Program-made: the position numbers and the translations under genes
In this document: one piece after another, positions 1 through 14,535 of the stretch
How positions within the stretch are numbered: position 1 is the stretch's first letter
Layout of the letters: each line of letters begins with the position of its first letter
Notes under the pieces: model-generated
The model's input: only the letters and a program-made list of their open reading frames with translations
Database searches by the model: none
What the model was told of the DNA's origin: nothing
Assembly: GCA_025201805.1 (NCBI GenBank)
Contig: MU619240.1
Coordinates: 56,723 to 120,722 of the forward strand
DNA: 64,000 bases
Source: Parasitella parasitica NRRL 2501
Lineage: Eukaryota; Fungi; Mucoromycota
Direction of reading: 5' to 3'

Positions 1-630
1 TTCTACTCATTGACTATTTGCTCATTTCAAGTAGCTCACGAACAGTTGATTTTCATTTATTGACAATGTCTGGAAAGCAAAGCAATACCACCTAATGATG
101 GCATGATTTTTTGTACATTTTGGGTTTAGCATAAAAAGGTGGATACATTCAACATACTTGGAGATACTGTTGGCATGGGAATACTTGAAGCTAATAAACC
201 AGCATTCTACTACTGTAAAAATATTGGCAGGATTGATCCTCATCTTGATACTGCTGTTTGGGGTTGTCAAAGTCAATTGCACGGAAGATTCGACCTGCTA
301 TTACGGTCAGAGATAGAACGACTAATGTTATGTCCTGCTTGATTCCCTTATTTCAGTGTAGCAAACACAAGCTCAACCATGGTGACAGCAAATTGGTCTC
401 TTCTCTAGAGATGGGTAGATTGAAGCGCGTCAAAACTCAACCAGAACGTACTACTGCGATGCAAGTGTTGTTTGGACGTAAAGGCAATTCTAGATGGCTC
501 GTGAGCAACAAATTTTGACAAAAGATACTTTAACGAAATTGAAAATACGACACCATCAAGGTTAATCAAATTGGATGTCAATATCAAAGCGTATTGGGAT
601 AATCAGAATAAAGCGTTGTATCACTTTTAA
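1..630 (+). pseudogene. Frameshifted/stop-interrupted coding-like relic, family unknown, truncated by window edge
   Basis: Overlapping short + ORFs (139-342, 258-518) and a further open stretch ending ...AYWDNQNKALYHF* at 630 suggest one broken reading frame; no recognisable motif. Confidence 0.3.
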
Positions 631-658
631 CCATCATTAAAAAAACAACTACATCCAG

Positions 659-661
<3 letters not shown>

Positions 662-694
<33 letters not shown>

Positions 695-1200
695 TCTAGT
701 CTCCAGAGATTTAAATACTTTTGCGGCCAAGCTTCCTATAACTGAGCAATGCTGAGCAATGTTTTCATTTTATTAAAGCAATTTACTTGCATTAATCTTG
801 ACCGCATTTGCCCAATTAGAGCTATTCTTGCCGATCATCCTTTGCCACCAATTTCTTGCAAATTTTGCCGATAGATTAGTTTACATTTCGATGCTATTGC
901 TAGTCTAATATCTAAAAACATCAAATCCAACTACGGTTGTGATTATTAAATCAAAAGACGCTGTGAAGTTGCAATGTCAGTCTTTGATTGCAAGAGCGTG
1001 TTGTGATCATCAATGAGGATTTTAGATGCTGGCTGTTGGGCCATCAAGGATCCAGTCATCTCCTCCTCGAGTAGTTTTTTCCTTCAGCCATCAATAGCTT
1101 TACATACTAAATGAAACCGGCGTTCTGCGTTCAATACAACCCATTTTGCATCCTGTTACCAGTATCCGCTGCCTGCCTAATTACAACTAATCCAAATTGC
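662..1200 (-). mobile_element. Possible degraded non-LTR retroelement 3' end with poly(A) tail
   Basis: T30 run at 662-691 (poly-A on minus) directly abutting decayed coding-like minus-strand sequence with a CKMGC Cys motif near 1150; no TSD found. Confidence 0.3.
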
Positions 1201-1364
1201 GGGTATTCAATGCTCCTCGGGTGGATATCGTAGAGTAAAGTACGGTAGTAGATATACGAGTCTTCTTTGTACGTCACTGCATATTTGACTATAATATCTG
1301 CTCTTTTTTTTGCATGTAATCCGCCTTTTCTCTTTCTTTTGACAATTATATTTTATTTTTAATC

Positions 1365-2276
1365 ATGTCAGACTTTGGCGATTTCAACACACCTTCCGAG
1401 GACCCCACCACCGACTTCCTCGCACGTGAGAGAGCTGCATTAGGCGATGATGCTGACCTCTTTAGCTCGAATGACAACGACCTTGTCTCACCTGCCAACG
1501 ACATGACATCTCCTATTCCTGCTCTTTCCAACCCAATGTCGCCCAACCTGCTTGACAACCTTCCTTCAGTAGACAATGGCCGTGCTAGTGCTCTATCTTT
1601 CCAATCTCAAACTATCAACACGCCTACTCAAGATTTTACAAGCGGTGGCGACACATTCGAGACAAATTATCCCAAAGCTGAAGAACTGGAGACTTCTCAG
1701 GTAAGACATCTGGGCACTGCTCTCTAGGAAAATGTCTAATATTCTACCTCAATAGGCTTTCCATAAAGCAATGTTACCAGAAGAGGAACCGGAAACTGTG
1801 CGGTAAACAGCTAAAGATCTGTTCATGTATTTATTTATTTATTTATTCGTTTGGGTAGTCAATGGCGTGAAAAACAAAAGGAAGTTATTGCTGAACGTGA
1901 TGCTGAATCTGCACGAAAAAAGGAAGAAATAGTCAAGCATGCTCGTGAGGATATCGATAAATTTTATGAAGAGTATAATGATAGGAAGCAGAAATCAATT
2001 GAGGAAAACAGGTAATTTTCTCATTGGGAGGCTCATATTGATCAAGTTAAAGTCAAGTGTACTGACTGATTGCACATTAGGGAGCGTGAAGACAACACTG
2101 CTAAAAGCCGCGAAGAGGTTGCTTCTTCAGGCAATGTCTGGGATCGTATTGCTCGTGAAGTAAATGTCAGTAACGCAAAAACAGGCCATCATGCACAAAA
2201 TGTCACCAGAATGAAGGAGCTGTTTTTGGATCTCAAGAAGGACGAAAAGGCTCCTGGAAATATCATTGAAGCTTAA
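1365..2276 (+). CDS. CLC1: Clathrin light chain (4 exons: 1365-1700, 1756-1802, 1859-2011, 2081-2276)
   Basis: DPTTDFLARERAALGDDA N-terminus, EEPETVRQWREKQ helix, WDRIAREV...RMKELFLDLKKDEKAPG C-terminus; GT-AG introns keep frame. Confidence 0.92.
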
Positions 2277-2851
2277 AAACCAAAGCTTTCAGTGTACCAT
2301 TGTAGTATGATTAAGTTTGGGTCGTCTTCAATAAACTGTTTTTTTTAAAAAAAAAAAATTTCAATGCAGTGTCAGAGATATTGCATTTATCATTCTACGA
2401 CTTGATAAACATATCATAAAGTATCATGTGTTGGACTCTGTTCAATAAGCTTTATTAGAATACTGCGTTTTTGGGGATATATGATCTCTCCATCGATAAT
2501 CGCAAGTGTCGCAACTGTTGGACCATTAAGTGCTTGTGCTCCCACCAGGTCAGGTTGGCCAATTCAGAGAACTGTATACTCTCGAAACATTTATAAAGAG
2601 TGGAAAGTGTTTATTTCAGCCAAAGAAGGCATCTACATGACAATGCGGCGCTAGGCTCTATTTGGCAGCTTCTTAACCATTGCTTTTCACATTTTAAAAT
2701 GCCTTTTGCGCAGAGATGCATTGTGGACTACCACCGCAGCAAAACTCCTGTACTGCGACGTACATTTGACATTCCTATTTTAAAGATGGATTTTTTTTTT
2801 TTTTTTTTTTTGGTATTGCCTTTGTTCTAAGTAAACAAAATTGCTAATAAT

Positions 2852-5800
2852 ATGGTAGAATCAGTCCCTTTCAGCACAGTGCTTCATCAGCTATTGTCAG
2901 CAGCAAAACCTACATCCTCTAAAGGGAAAGGGAAAGCCAGAAGCCAGTCGTCCGATTTCCTGACTCGTCCTATTGAAGACAACACCGATTGGAACGAGTC
3001 TGTCAAAACCTTTTGCGACCTTGTCGAAAAGTATACCGAGAAAAACAACGCGCCACAAGGTAAGATCATGCTCCAAATTGGAGAGCGTGCAGACTATTAA
3101 TGGCAGGCGTAGAGGTACCTGCTTTGAATTATGGCGCTGATATCGAGTATTGCGCACCCAGGAAACCTTTTCTTGTGCCAATATTACAAAAGCACGAGTC
3201 AGAAGAAGACGCTGCAGAGTCTACACCAGAGCCGCAACAACAGGCTCCCTTGACAGCAGGGCCTGCCGCTATTTATGACCGCAATTGGCTTTTACAGTAA
3301 GTGTTGAGTTCAGTTGAGAACGATTGTTTAGGCTGCACATCTGACGCCGCAAACAGGCAAGCCCGAATTCAGGTGAGTAACCAGAAAGACCTTGGACTCG
3401 ACGAGCGACAATTATGTGGAGACATATTTACAATTATCCGTTCTGGCGATACAGATGACGATATCCAAATGTCTCTTGTTGAATTACTAGGCTACGAAGC
3501 ATTGGATTTTATCGCAGCGCTTATCACTAACCGCGCAACTATCGTGCGCAACATTCTTCGCATGTCTGACTACGATGAACAGCAGCCAAAAAAAAGGTCA
3601 GCGGCGTCCGCCCCTACTGAACCCAAAAGGCCAGTTTACGGCACTCAGTTTATCGTGCAGTCTGAAAAAGAACTGAGAGAAGAGAAAAGACTGCGAAAGG
3701 AGCAAAAAAGGGCCATGAAAAACCATAACCGAACAGAAGGTAAGGGAGAAGGCTTGCAGTCTTGGATCATTATTTTCTCATTTGTGTGATGATAGATGAT
3801 GATGCTAAAGCTGTGTCGATGGGTATATTGGGATTTGATGGCGAGGATTTACGCCAGGCTCGAGAGGATGCACTGATAAATGCAAGTCAAGCGCCGCTAT
3901 TCAGCTCCAATTACAAGACAAAAGCCGCTGCCTCATACCCACATGTATATCAATCCGCGCAATCTGGAGGCACTTTGTCATTGTTTGGCACTAGATACGC
4001 GTTACCGGCAGGCACTGTTCGCGAGGAATTCAATGACTACGAAGAAACAACGATTCCGGTTCCCAAAGTAGCCCCAATCCGAGCTACCGAAAGACGCATT
4101 CTTATTTCAGAAATGGATGCTCTGGCTCAAGGCGCTTTCAAGGTAATAGGATTCGTTGGTTGCTGCTTTTTATTTGATCGGACTGTGAGGTTAATACGTT
4201 TACTACTAATAGGCGTATGAAAGTTTGAACAGAGTTCAATCCATTGTTTACCCTATAGCGTACGAAACAAACGAAAATATGCTTGTGTGTGCTCCTACTG
4301 GTGCTGTAAGTAGTCAGAGATCAGACCTTTTTTTTTGAAATTCATGCAAAATGTATAGGGTAAAACTGACGTTGCCATGCTAACGGTGCTTCGATGTCTA
4401 ACTCAGCACTGCACCCCTCCTCCCCGCAAAGGAACAACCGAGATCGACTTTACTATCGCCAAAAACGACTTTAAGATTGTCTATGTTGCTCCCATGAAAG
4501 CTCTTGCTGCTGAAATTGTAGAAAAGATGGGCAAAAGATTAAAGGTTTTGGGAATCAGCGTGCGCGAACTGACGGGCGACATGCAGCTGACAAAGGCAGA
4601 GATCAGCGCTACTCAATTCCTCGTCACCACCCCTGAGAAATGGGATGTCATTACTAGAAAGGGCACCGGCGATGTTGAATTGACCCAAAAAGTGAAGCTG
4701 CTGATCATTGACGAAGTGCATCTGTTGCACGAAGACCGCGGCGCTGTTATTGAAAGTATCATTGCAAGGACCTTGCGTCAGGTTGAATCCAGCCAGTCGC
4801 TGATCCGCATCGTGGGTCTGTCTGCCACGCTTCCCAACTATGTGGATGTTGCCGCCTTTTTGAGAGTGAACCCTTACCAGGGCCTGTTTTACTTTGACAA
4901 CGGCTTCAGACCTGTTCCTCTTGAGCAGCATTTCTTGGGCATTAAAGGAAAGCCAAACTCAGTGCCATCGAACGAAAGGATGAACCGCGCCTGCTTTGAT
5001 AAAGTGTCGGACCTTGTTAGAGATGGTCATCAAGTCATGGTGTTTGTGCACGCGCGAAAAGAAACTGTAAAGACGGCCCAGATGCTGCGAGAGGAGGTTG
5101 CCAATGAGGCATTGAATGACGCATTTGACTGCTCAGACTCACTCAAATACACACACTTCAAACGAGAAGTAATGAAATCGCGAAACAAGGAGATGAAAGA
5201 GCTGTTCCAATACGGCTTTGGCATTCATCATGCGGGCATGCTTCGATCTGATCGTACGCTGACTGAAAAGATGTTTCAGGAGGGTGCTCTCAAAGTTCTC
5301 TGCTGTACTGCTACTCTTGCTTGGGGTGTCAATTTGCCAGCGTATGCTGTTGTCATCAAGGGGACGCAGGTGTATGACTCTACCAAGGGCAGCTATGTCG
5401 ATTTATCTATACTGGATGTGCTTCAGATTTTCGGCCGCGCCGGCCGTCCTCAGTACGAGAGTCATGGTGTTGGCTACATTCTGACGACACACGATCGCTT
5501 ATCGCATTACATCTCTGCAATCACTCAGCAGCACCCTATCGAATCCAAGTTTATCGAGAATATTGTCGACAATTTGAATGCTGAAATTTCCCTCGGCACT
5601 GTCACCAACATTGACGAGGCTATTACATGGCTCAGTTACACCTATCTGTACGTGCGTATGAAGAAAAACCCAATGATCTACGGTATGGATAATGCAGAGC
5701 CGACGAGCGACCCGTTGCTGGGCAGAAAACGACATGAAATCATCACGCTGGCTGCCCGCAAGCTCGCCAAGTGCCAAATGATCATTTTCGATGAGAACAC

Positions 5801-8800
5801 TGGCTATTTGCTCCCCAAAGACTTGGGCCGTATTGCATCCAACTTTTATATCAAACATACCAGTATTGAGATATTCAATACGATGATGAAGCCTCGCATG
5901 ACGGAAGCCGACGTCCTCTCTATGATGAGCATGAGTTCTGAATTTGACCAGATAAAGTCGAGAGATACTGAGCACCAGGAGCTCAAGAAACTGTTGGAAA
6001 ATGCGTGTGCTTGTGACATTAGAGTAGGAGAGGCGAAAGAGAAAAGGCGCAAACATGCACAGAAACTGATATATTTTATTCTCTATAGGGTGGGACCGAA
6101 GATACCCACGGCAAGGTCAACATCTTGTTGCAGTCCTATGTTTCCAATGCCTATATCGAAGACTTTGCACTCGTCTCGGACTGTGCTTACGTTGCTCAAA
6201 ACTCGGGGCGTATTGCTCGAGCATTGTTTGAAATCGCACTCAACAGAAACTGGGGGCCTACAGCGTCTGTGTTGCTTCAGATCAACAAGGCGGTCGAGAA
6301 ACGCATGTGGACATTCCAGCACCCTCTAAGACAGATGAGTCTCCCTCACGACATCATCAACAAGCTCGAGAGTCGCACACATCAAGTATCGATTGAGGAG
6401 ATGCGCGACATGGACCCCAATGAGCTGGGCGAACTGGTGCACCACCACCGTATGGGTATGACCATCTCTAAATGCGTAGATCAGTTCCCCATGCTGCTGC
6501 TTGATGCCCGCATCGCTCCAATCACCCGTAACGTATTGAACGTCGAACTCACTGTCACGCCTGATTTCGTATGGAACGACCGTATCCATGGAAGCGTCGA
6601 GCCATGGTATATTTGGGCAGAGGATTCTGAAAACGTGGAAATCTACTACTCAGAGTACTTTTTGCTGTACAAAAAGCAGTTTGGAGAGCCCATCAAGATT
6701 GCGTTTACGGTCCCACTGGTGGAGCCTCTTCCCTCTCAAATCTACATCCGTGCCGTATCCGACCGATGGCTAGGCGCGGAAACCATCCTGCCGGTTTCTT
6801 TCCAGCACCTGATTCTGCCGCAGCTTTACCCTCCCCATACTGACCTGCTCGACCTGCAACCTTTGCCCATCACTGCTCTCAAGGATCAAGTCCTGGAAAC
6901 CATCTGCGCCAAGCGATTCACTCACTTTAACCCTGTGCAGACTCAAATCTTCCACACTCTGTACAATACAGATAAAAACTCGCTTGTCGGCGCTCCTACT
7001 GGCTCTGGCAAGACGGTTGCTGCTGAACTGGTCATGTGGGCTGCGTTTAGAGACCGCCCTGGGTCCAAGGTAGTGTACATTGCTCCTATGAAAGCGCTGG
7101 TGAAGGAAAGAGTGGCAGATTGGAACAAGCGTCTGACAGGGCCCATGGGTAAGAAGCTTGTTGAACTGACTGGCGATGTAACGCCCGATCTCAAGACAAT
7201 CGAAGCTGCTGATATCATCATTACCACGCCCGAGAAATGGGACGGCATCAGTCGCAGCTGGCAAAAGCGTGGCTATGTACGCAATGTGTCCTGCGTGATC
7301 ATTGATGAAATCCACTTGCTGGGCGGCGATCGTGGTCCGATTCTAGAGGTCATTGTGTCTCGTATGAACTACATTGGCTCTCAAACCGACCAGAAAGTGC
7401 GTATTGTGGGCCTCTCCACTGCGCTTGCCAATGCCATTGATTTGGCCAATTGGCTGGGCATCGACAAGGTCGGCCTCTTCAACTTTAGACACTCTGTTCG
7501 CCCAGTTCCCCTTGAAATCTACATTGACGGATTCCCTGGAAAGCACTATTGCCCGCGCATGGCCACCATGAATAAGCCCACCTACGCTGCCATCAAAACT
7601 CACTCTCCTACGCAGCCTGTGATTGTATTTGTATCGTCTCGTAGACAGACACGTCTGACCGCGCAAGATCTGATTGCTTATTGTGGCATGGAAGACAACC
7701 CTCGCCAATGGCTGCACATGGACGACGTGGAGATGGAAATGATCCTGTGCAATGTCCACGATGAGTCTCTTAAAATGTCGCTTGCCTTTGGCATTGGCCT
7801 TCATCATGCTGGTTTGAAGGAAAACGACCGCAAGATTGTGGAAGAGCTGTTTTTGAACATGAAGATCCAGATCCTGATTGCCACCAGCACTCTGGCCTGG
7901 GGTGTCAATCTGCCAGCACATCTGGTAGTCATCAAGGGCACCGAGTTTTACAACTACAAGGAGCGTCGCTACGTGGACTTTCCCATCACCGATGTGCTGC
8001 AAATGATGGGTCGTGCCGGCCGTCCTCAGTTTGACAATACCGGCATTTCGCGCGTATTTGTACAAGACAGCAAAAAGAATTTCTTTAAAAAGTTTCTGCA
8101 CGAGCCCTTCCCTGTGGAATCCAGCCTGCACAAGTTCTTGGACGACCATATCAACGCTGAAATTGTTGGCGGTACCATCCGATCAAAGCAAGATGCCCTC
8201 GATTACCTGACCTGGACCTATTTCTACCGCCGCCTGCAGCAGAACCCTACTTACTACGGATTGGACGATATGACACAAAAGGGCGTGGACACGTTCCTGT
8301 CAAACACAATCAACCAGGTCGCACAGCGGTTGGAAGAGGCAGGCTGTGTAGAAATTGTGGATGACTTTGAGCTGATCCCCTTGATTTCAGCCCGCATTGC
8401 CTCGTACTATTACCTGCATCCTCAAACTGTGCGCCATTTCCGCGATCATGTACACAAGGATTCCGCTGTAGACGATATTTTGGATGTATTGGGAAATGTG
8501 CCCGAGTACGAGGAACTTCCGGCACGCTGTCAGGAGGATTTGCTGAATCAGGAAATCGAAAAGTTCATTCCGTACAATGTAAAGGGTACGCCTAATTTTA
8601 TCAGTCCGCACGTAAAGGCCTACGTTCTTGTGCAAGCGCATATCAGTCGCCTCATCCTGCCTAGTTCCGACTACATTACCGACCAAATTACGGTGCTGGA
8701 CTCTGCTATCCGTTTCTCGCAGGCCATGATTGATGTGGCTGCCGATGCTGGATATTTGGAGACCAGCTTGAATATCATGACGATGCTGCAGTGTGTCAAA

Positions 8801-9467
8801 CAAGCCCGTTGGCAGGATGAGTCACCTCTAACGACACTACCCCATGTCACCCAAAGAATGCTGAACCACATTCGTCACAAGGGCAAACTTGTGAAATCTT
8901 TGGCAGACCTCACAAAACTTCCGGATAACCAAATTAAGCAAATCTTTTCCAACATACGAGATCTAGACGATAATAGTGTGCAAGAGGTAAGATATGAACA
9001 GCCTGTATACACGTATAATATGTTGACAAGCCTCGCAATAGATCCATCGTGTCATCTGCCGTCTTCCCAATATCAGCGTCAAGGCAGACATTGATACCAA
9101 GAAGCCGTACCTGATCCCTGAAACAGAGTACAAGATCACAATTCAATTAAACAGATTTGTACGAGATAAGCACAAGACGCATGACGGCCGCATACATTCA
9201 CCACACTTCCCCAAGCCCCAATACGAATCATGGTGGATCGTTTTAGGCAATCCAAACAACGGCGAGCTTTTGGGCCTCAAACGTGTCAGCATGCGAAACG
9301 GCCCAAACGAAACTCTTTCCAACAGAGCAACGACAAACATCTCGTTTGAGACGCCTGCACATCTCGGCAAACACAACTACACCTTGTACCTGATTTGTGA
9401 TGGTTACCTCGGTTTGGATCAAAATATCCCAATCACATTTGAAACAAGATTAGATTTAGATTCTTGA
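2852..9467 (+). CDS. SLH1: Slh1/ASCC3-type Ski2-like helicase with two helicase-Sec63 cassettes (multi-exon)
   Basis: Two sets of APTGx[22 protein letters not shown](V/I)H, GLSATL/GLSTAL, HHAG(M/L), [16 protein letters not shown] motifs; intact second-cassette motifs favour ASCC3/Slh1 over Brr2. Confidence 0.93.
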
Positions 9468-9856
9468 AGATTTTCAACAGAGAAAATAAATAAATAAAAA
9501 AAAAAAAGTTTATTAGAATTCTAGAATAAAAATGCATAAGGGGGGAGGGAAACAATACGAAATGATCACATAGTATTATAAAATGGGCATAAGTTGATGA
9601 AGTATACGACATACAAAAGGGTTCATAAAAAAAAGGGTGATGAGGGAGAGAGAAAAGGAATGTGCTGGATGTTTGTTGTTGTTGTTTTTTTTTGGTATAC
9701 AGTAGTGTTTTTTGCTTTTTTTTTCTGAATGTTGTAGAGGCTTTTTTTTTTGGAAATTAGGTTGCTAATAAAGAATTAGACTCCCTGTAAAGAAAGAAAT
9801 ACAAAATACAAAATAAGGGAAAAAGATGGGGTGTGATAAAATTACAAGAATTTTAG

Positions 9857-11104
<1,248 letters not shown>

Positions 11105-11398
11105 TTAGTTTTTTTTTAAAAAAATAGGGGAAGAGTTTAAGATTTTTTTGTGTCGTAAGATTGTTTTCGTTAAAATGAGTTCGTTAAAAGCTTTTTAGAT
11201 TTCGTTATTAGATTAGAAATGTAAAAAGAGTTTTTTTCGTAAAGAAAAAGGTGGGGTCGTTAAAAAAGTTGGAAAGAAAAAAAAAGTTGTTTATAAGTTT
11301 GCTTGAGAGGTTATTTTTTTCGTTAGTTGACAACTAAGAAAAAAATAGAAAGTGGGTTTGGTTATGAGGAAACTCTCTCTGGACCAGGAATGTCAAGG

Positions 11399-11407
11399 CT
11401 TTTATAC
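11399..11407 (-). promoter_or_regulatory. Candidate TATA box of gpd
   Basis: GTATAAAAAG on minus strand about 315 bp upstream of the ATG. Confidence 0.4.
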
Positions 11408-12051
11408 CTTTTGAATATGTCGTAAAACGTTACGCTTTTGCCCCCTTTTTGATGCTTTCGTAAACATTTCCTAAATATATCGACATTTCGCCACACAGCA
11501 GCAGCAGCCCTAGTTCACTTGGAAATTGTATCATGCGTTTTTTTCATACATGACATCGTGTAACTCTTTTATTTTTTTACAGTATATGGATATATATATA
11601 TATTTATATATATATATTATATTTAAAAGCTGAAACAATCAGCATCTTACAGTTACATTTCCATCATAAAAAAATGTAAGAAAATCGAAAAATAAACAAT
11701 CAAATAAAATGGTGCATGCAAACATGTATGAGGAAATGCAGTAAGAGCATTGCGTACATGCAGCAGCAGCAGCAGTAGACAACAGTAAAAGCAGCAAAAC
11801 ACGAGGAACAATAGCCTGGCGTTTTTACGTCGAGAAATCAGCCTTTGCTCTGGGGCATGTCAGCCGAGTATATAAAATGTAAATGTATTGTATACAAAAC
11901 ACACGTGTCTACACATAGTAAACATGTATTAAATAGATCTGTTTATATTTATCAAGATCTGCCCTCTGTGTTGCAGTAAACATGATACACATTGCACATA
12001 TTATCGTTTATTTAGCATACACATCTATCTATATAGAGCCATATGTTTGTT

Positions 12052-12907
12052 TCAGCGAAATACAGGCGGTCGGTTTACCTTATTTCGTTGCAACCGTAAT
12101 ACCAGCCAATCTATTGCATCTTCCACCCCATTCCTAACGTACATTAGTCAGTTACGTTTTGTATACATCATGTCGTTTGCTATTTTCTTTGTCCATAAAA
12201 CATACCCTTCCAAAGCGCTCACAGGCAGCACTCGAGAATCTCGGGCTCCCAGCTTCGCTGCGATTTTGTTGAACACCTCTTTAACTTGCTCCACCCGTAA
12301 CGATCCACTCACATCCTGCTTGTTGGCAAGCATCAAAACAGGCACTCCTTCCACGGCATCATTGGTAATCATTTTCTCTAATCGCGCAAAAAGGGAAAAC
12401 CAGATTAGTTGAAATGCCCGTTGTGCAACAGACATGATCTGTTTTTACCAAAAGTATCTCTGCATTCTTCTAAACGAACAGGATCTGTCGAGTCAACTAC
12501 GAAAACAATCGCATGGCATTCCGTATAATATCGCTCCCATATTGAATGTAAATCTTTCTGCCCTCCTAAATCCCAAAAATTGATTCTCGATGACTTGATA
12601 TCTACTTTGCCAACTATCAAAAGTGCTTAGGGTACTTTCTACACGGCCATTCCTGTGTTTACTCTACTGTTCAATCCAACCGTAGGCGCAATTTTATCCG
12701 GGTCTAGACCTGCTATGCCCATAAAGATTGACTTTATGCGTTCTAATAAAGTCTAATCATGTTTTAGACAAAACTATCGTATTGTGCGTTCAAGGAGATG
12801 GCCAACAAACTTACGGTTTTTCCTGCATTATCAAGACCGATAATAAGCACATAGTATTCTTCTTTTCTCGTAAGGTGATTGTAAAAGCCACTCAGTAAAG
12901 TGTACAT
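12052..12907 (-). CDS. ARL3: Arf-related small GTPase ARFRP1/Arl3 (multi-exon)
   Basis: MYTLLSG N-terminus without Gly2 (ARFRP1-type), GLDNAGKT, WDLGGQ, ANKQD, VSALEG; ends NRPPVFR*. Confidence 0.92.
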
Positions 12908-14535
12908 TGGAATCGGCGGATTGTAGTTTATGAAAAAAGCCGTTTTCTGTGTTGCTGTGCACAAATGCATCAGTTGGCTAAAGACATCTAGAGAGTCACA
13001 ACGGAGGTGTATCTTGCTGGAATGTGTTGTAAATGTTATCAAGCTACCTGGCCACAACTCTAAGCATTGCACATCTGTACGATTTTAAATCACTTCCTTG
13101 GGGCAAATACTAGCATTTCATATCAATTTCATCGAGTAATGCTGTTTGCTCCACTACTACTACTACTATTATTATTACTACTATTAGTTGGATCTATGAA
13201 CTCAGCCATTTCGTCCAGATAATAATATTCAAGATACGACATAGCAATACAAAAGGAGGAATATGACACTGTGGCCATATGAGCCGAAAGCCCCATGCAA
13301 GTGAACGTGCTAATGCCTACCGTTCTTGTGCTTGATAACAAAAGGAGAACTAGTGCACAGAAAATAATAACAACGCCCCTACACATGGTAATGGTATGTA
13401 TAAGGTATTTATACGGCATGCATTTATAACCATTTATAATTTACAACGATTTGCCGTTTAGTCATTCAAGCCATAGAATATAGTAGCTAGTTTTTATGCA
13501 CTCAAGTGCTCAGAATATTACAATGATTAGGCCGAGTTAATTTTTTATTGACTAGCATGGTCGATTGAAAAAAAAAAAGCAAGAGCGTTTCTAGACACCA
13601 TGTATACCGCGTATTCATGTGCCATGTACAATGACAAAGATGAAAACAATTAATTTATGTGTTTGCATATAGTATATCATACATGCATGAGTCGAATTGA
13701 GTTTACATGACACTATTGCATATCTGGTGTATATTTAGCTTTTTGCTTCCTTCAAGCACAAAGAAGCGCTGCATTAGCGCTCCAGTTCTTATGAACATTG
13801 CTTTATTTTACCAATTAGACTAAATAGACAGATACTGAAAACCAGATTACAGGGTAAAGCTCTGCTGATTTATATACAGTGCTACCTGTTGACAGTTGAT
13901 ACAAATTTACGATTATGGCAGCTCGAGTAGAGCTTTTCGATGTATTTCTGCGGAAATGTTTGATTTGCGATGTTGATCACGTAAAAGCTTGGAGCAAAGT
14001 CCCCACGGCTACAGCAAAAGACCCATGAGGCTAATTGATTTATCCCGTCTCTCATATACCAAATATTCATGTAATACACATATAGCTATGAATTGGTGTT
14101 GCTGTTGCACAGCAAGCGATTAAACTCATGCGGTGGGAAAAATCAAGGTAAGAGATGATTAATAATTTTTGTTTTTATTTTTATTCGAGGGAGACAAGTA
14201 TCATCCAAGTGGTTGAAAATATTTCTTTTTAAAATAACTATTGATTATCGCGCACCACTCGAGATATCGTTCAATGGCAATGTTTGGGCGCTTGACAGTA
14301 AATAACTACCATCTGAAATTCCAGCATTGATCTACCACGATTGTTCTGAATTTGACCGCCTCGGAGTTCAGCAGCCATGAGACTCTACGTGACCGCTGCG
14401 AACAAGAAGATTTGGGCTAGTTGAGGTCAACCTAAATGTCCTCATGAGAGATGGAGACACATATTCAATTATAAATAAGATTTGGGTGGGAGCCTTCTTT
14501 TCAACACTTTTTTTTTCCACATACACTTTTTCAAT

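Noticed and set aside
2852-9467. Helicase as the RNA helicase flanking the Mucorales sex locus
   Set aside because: It is a double-cassette Slh1/ASCC3 type, and no HMG-box sexP/sexM or triose-phosphate transporter gene is adjacent
12960-14460. Short ORFs between ARL3 and the MFS gene
   Set aside because: No recognisable domain or consistent exon chain; at most old relics
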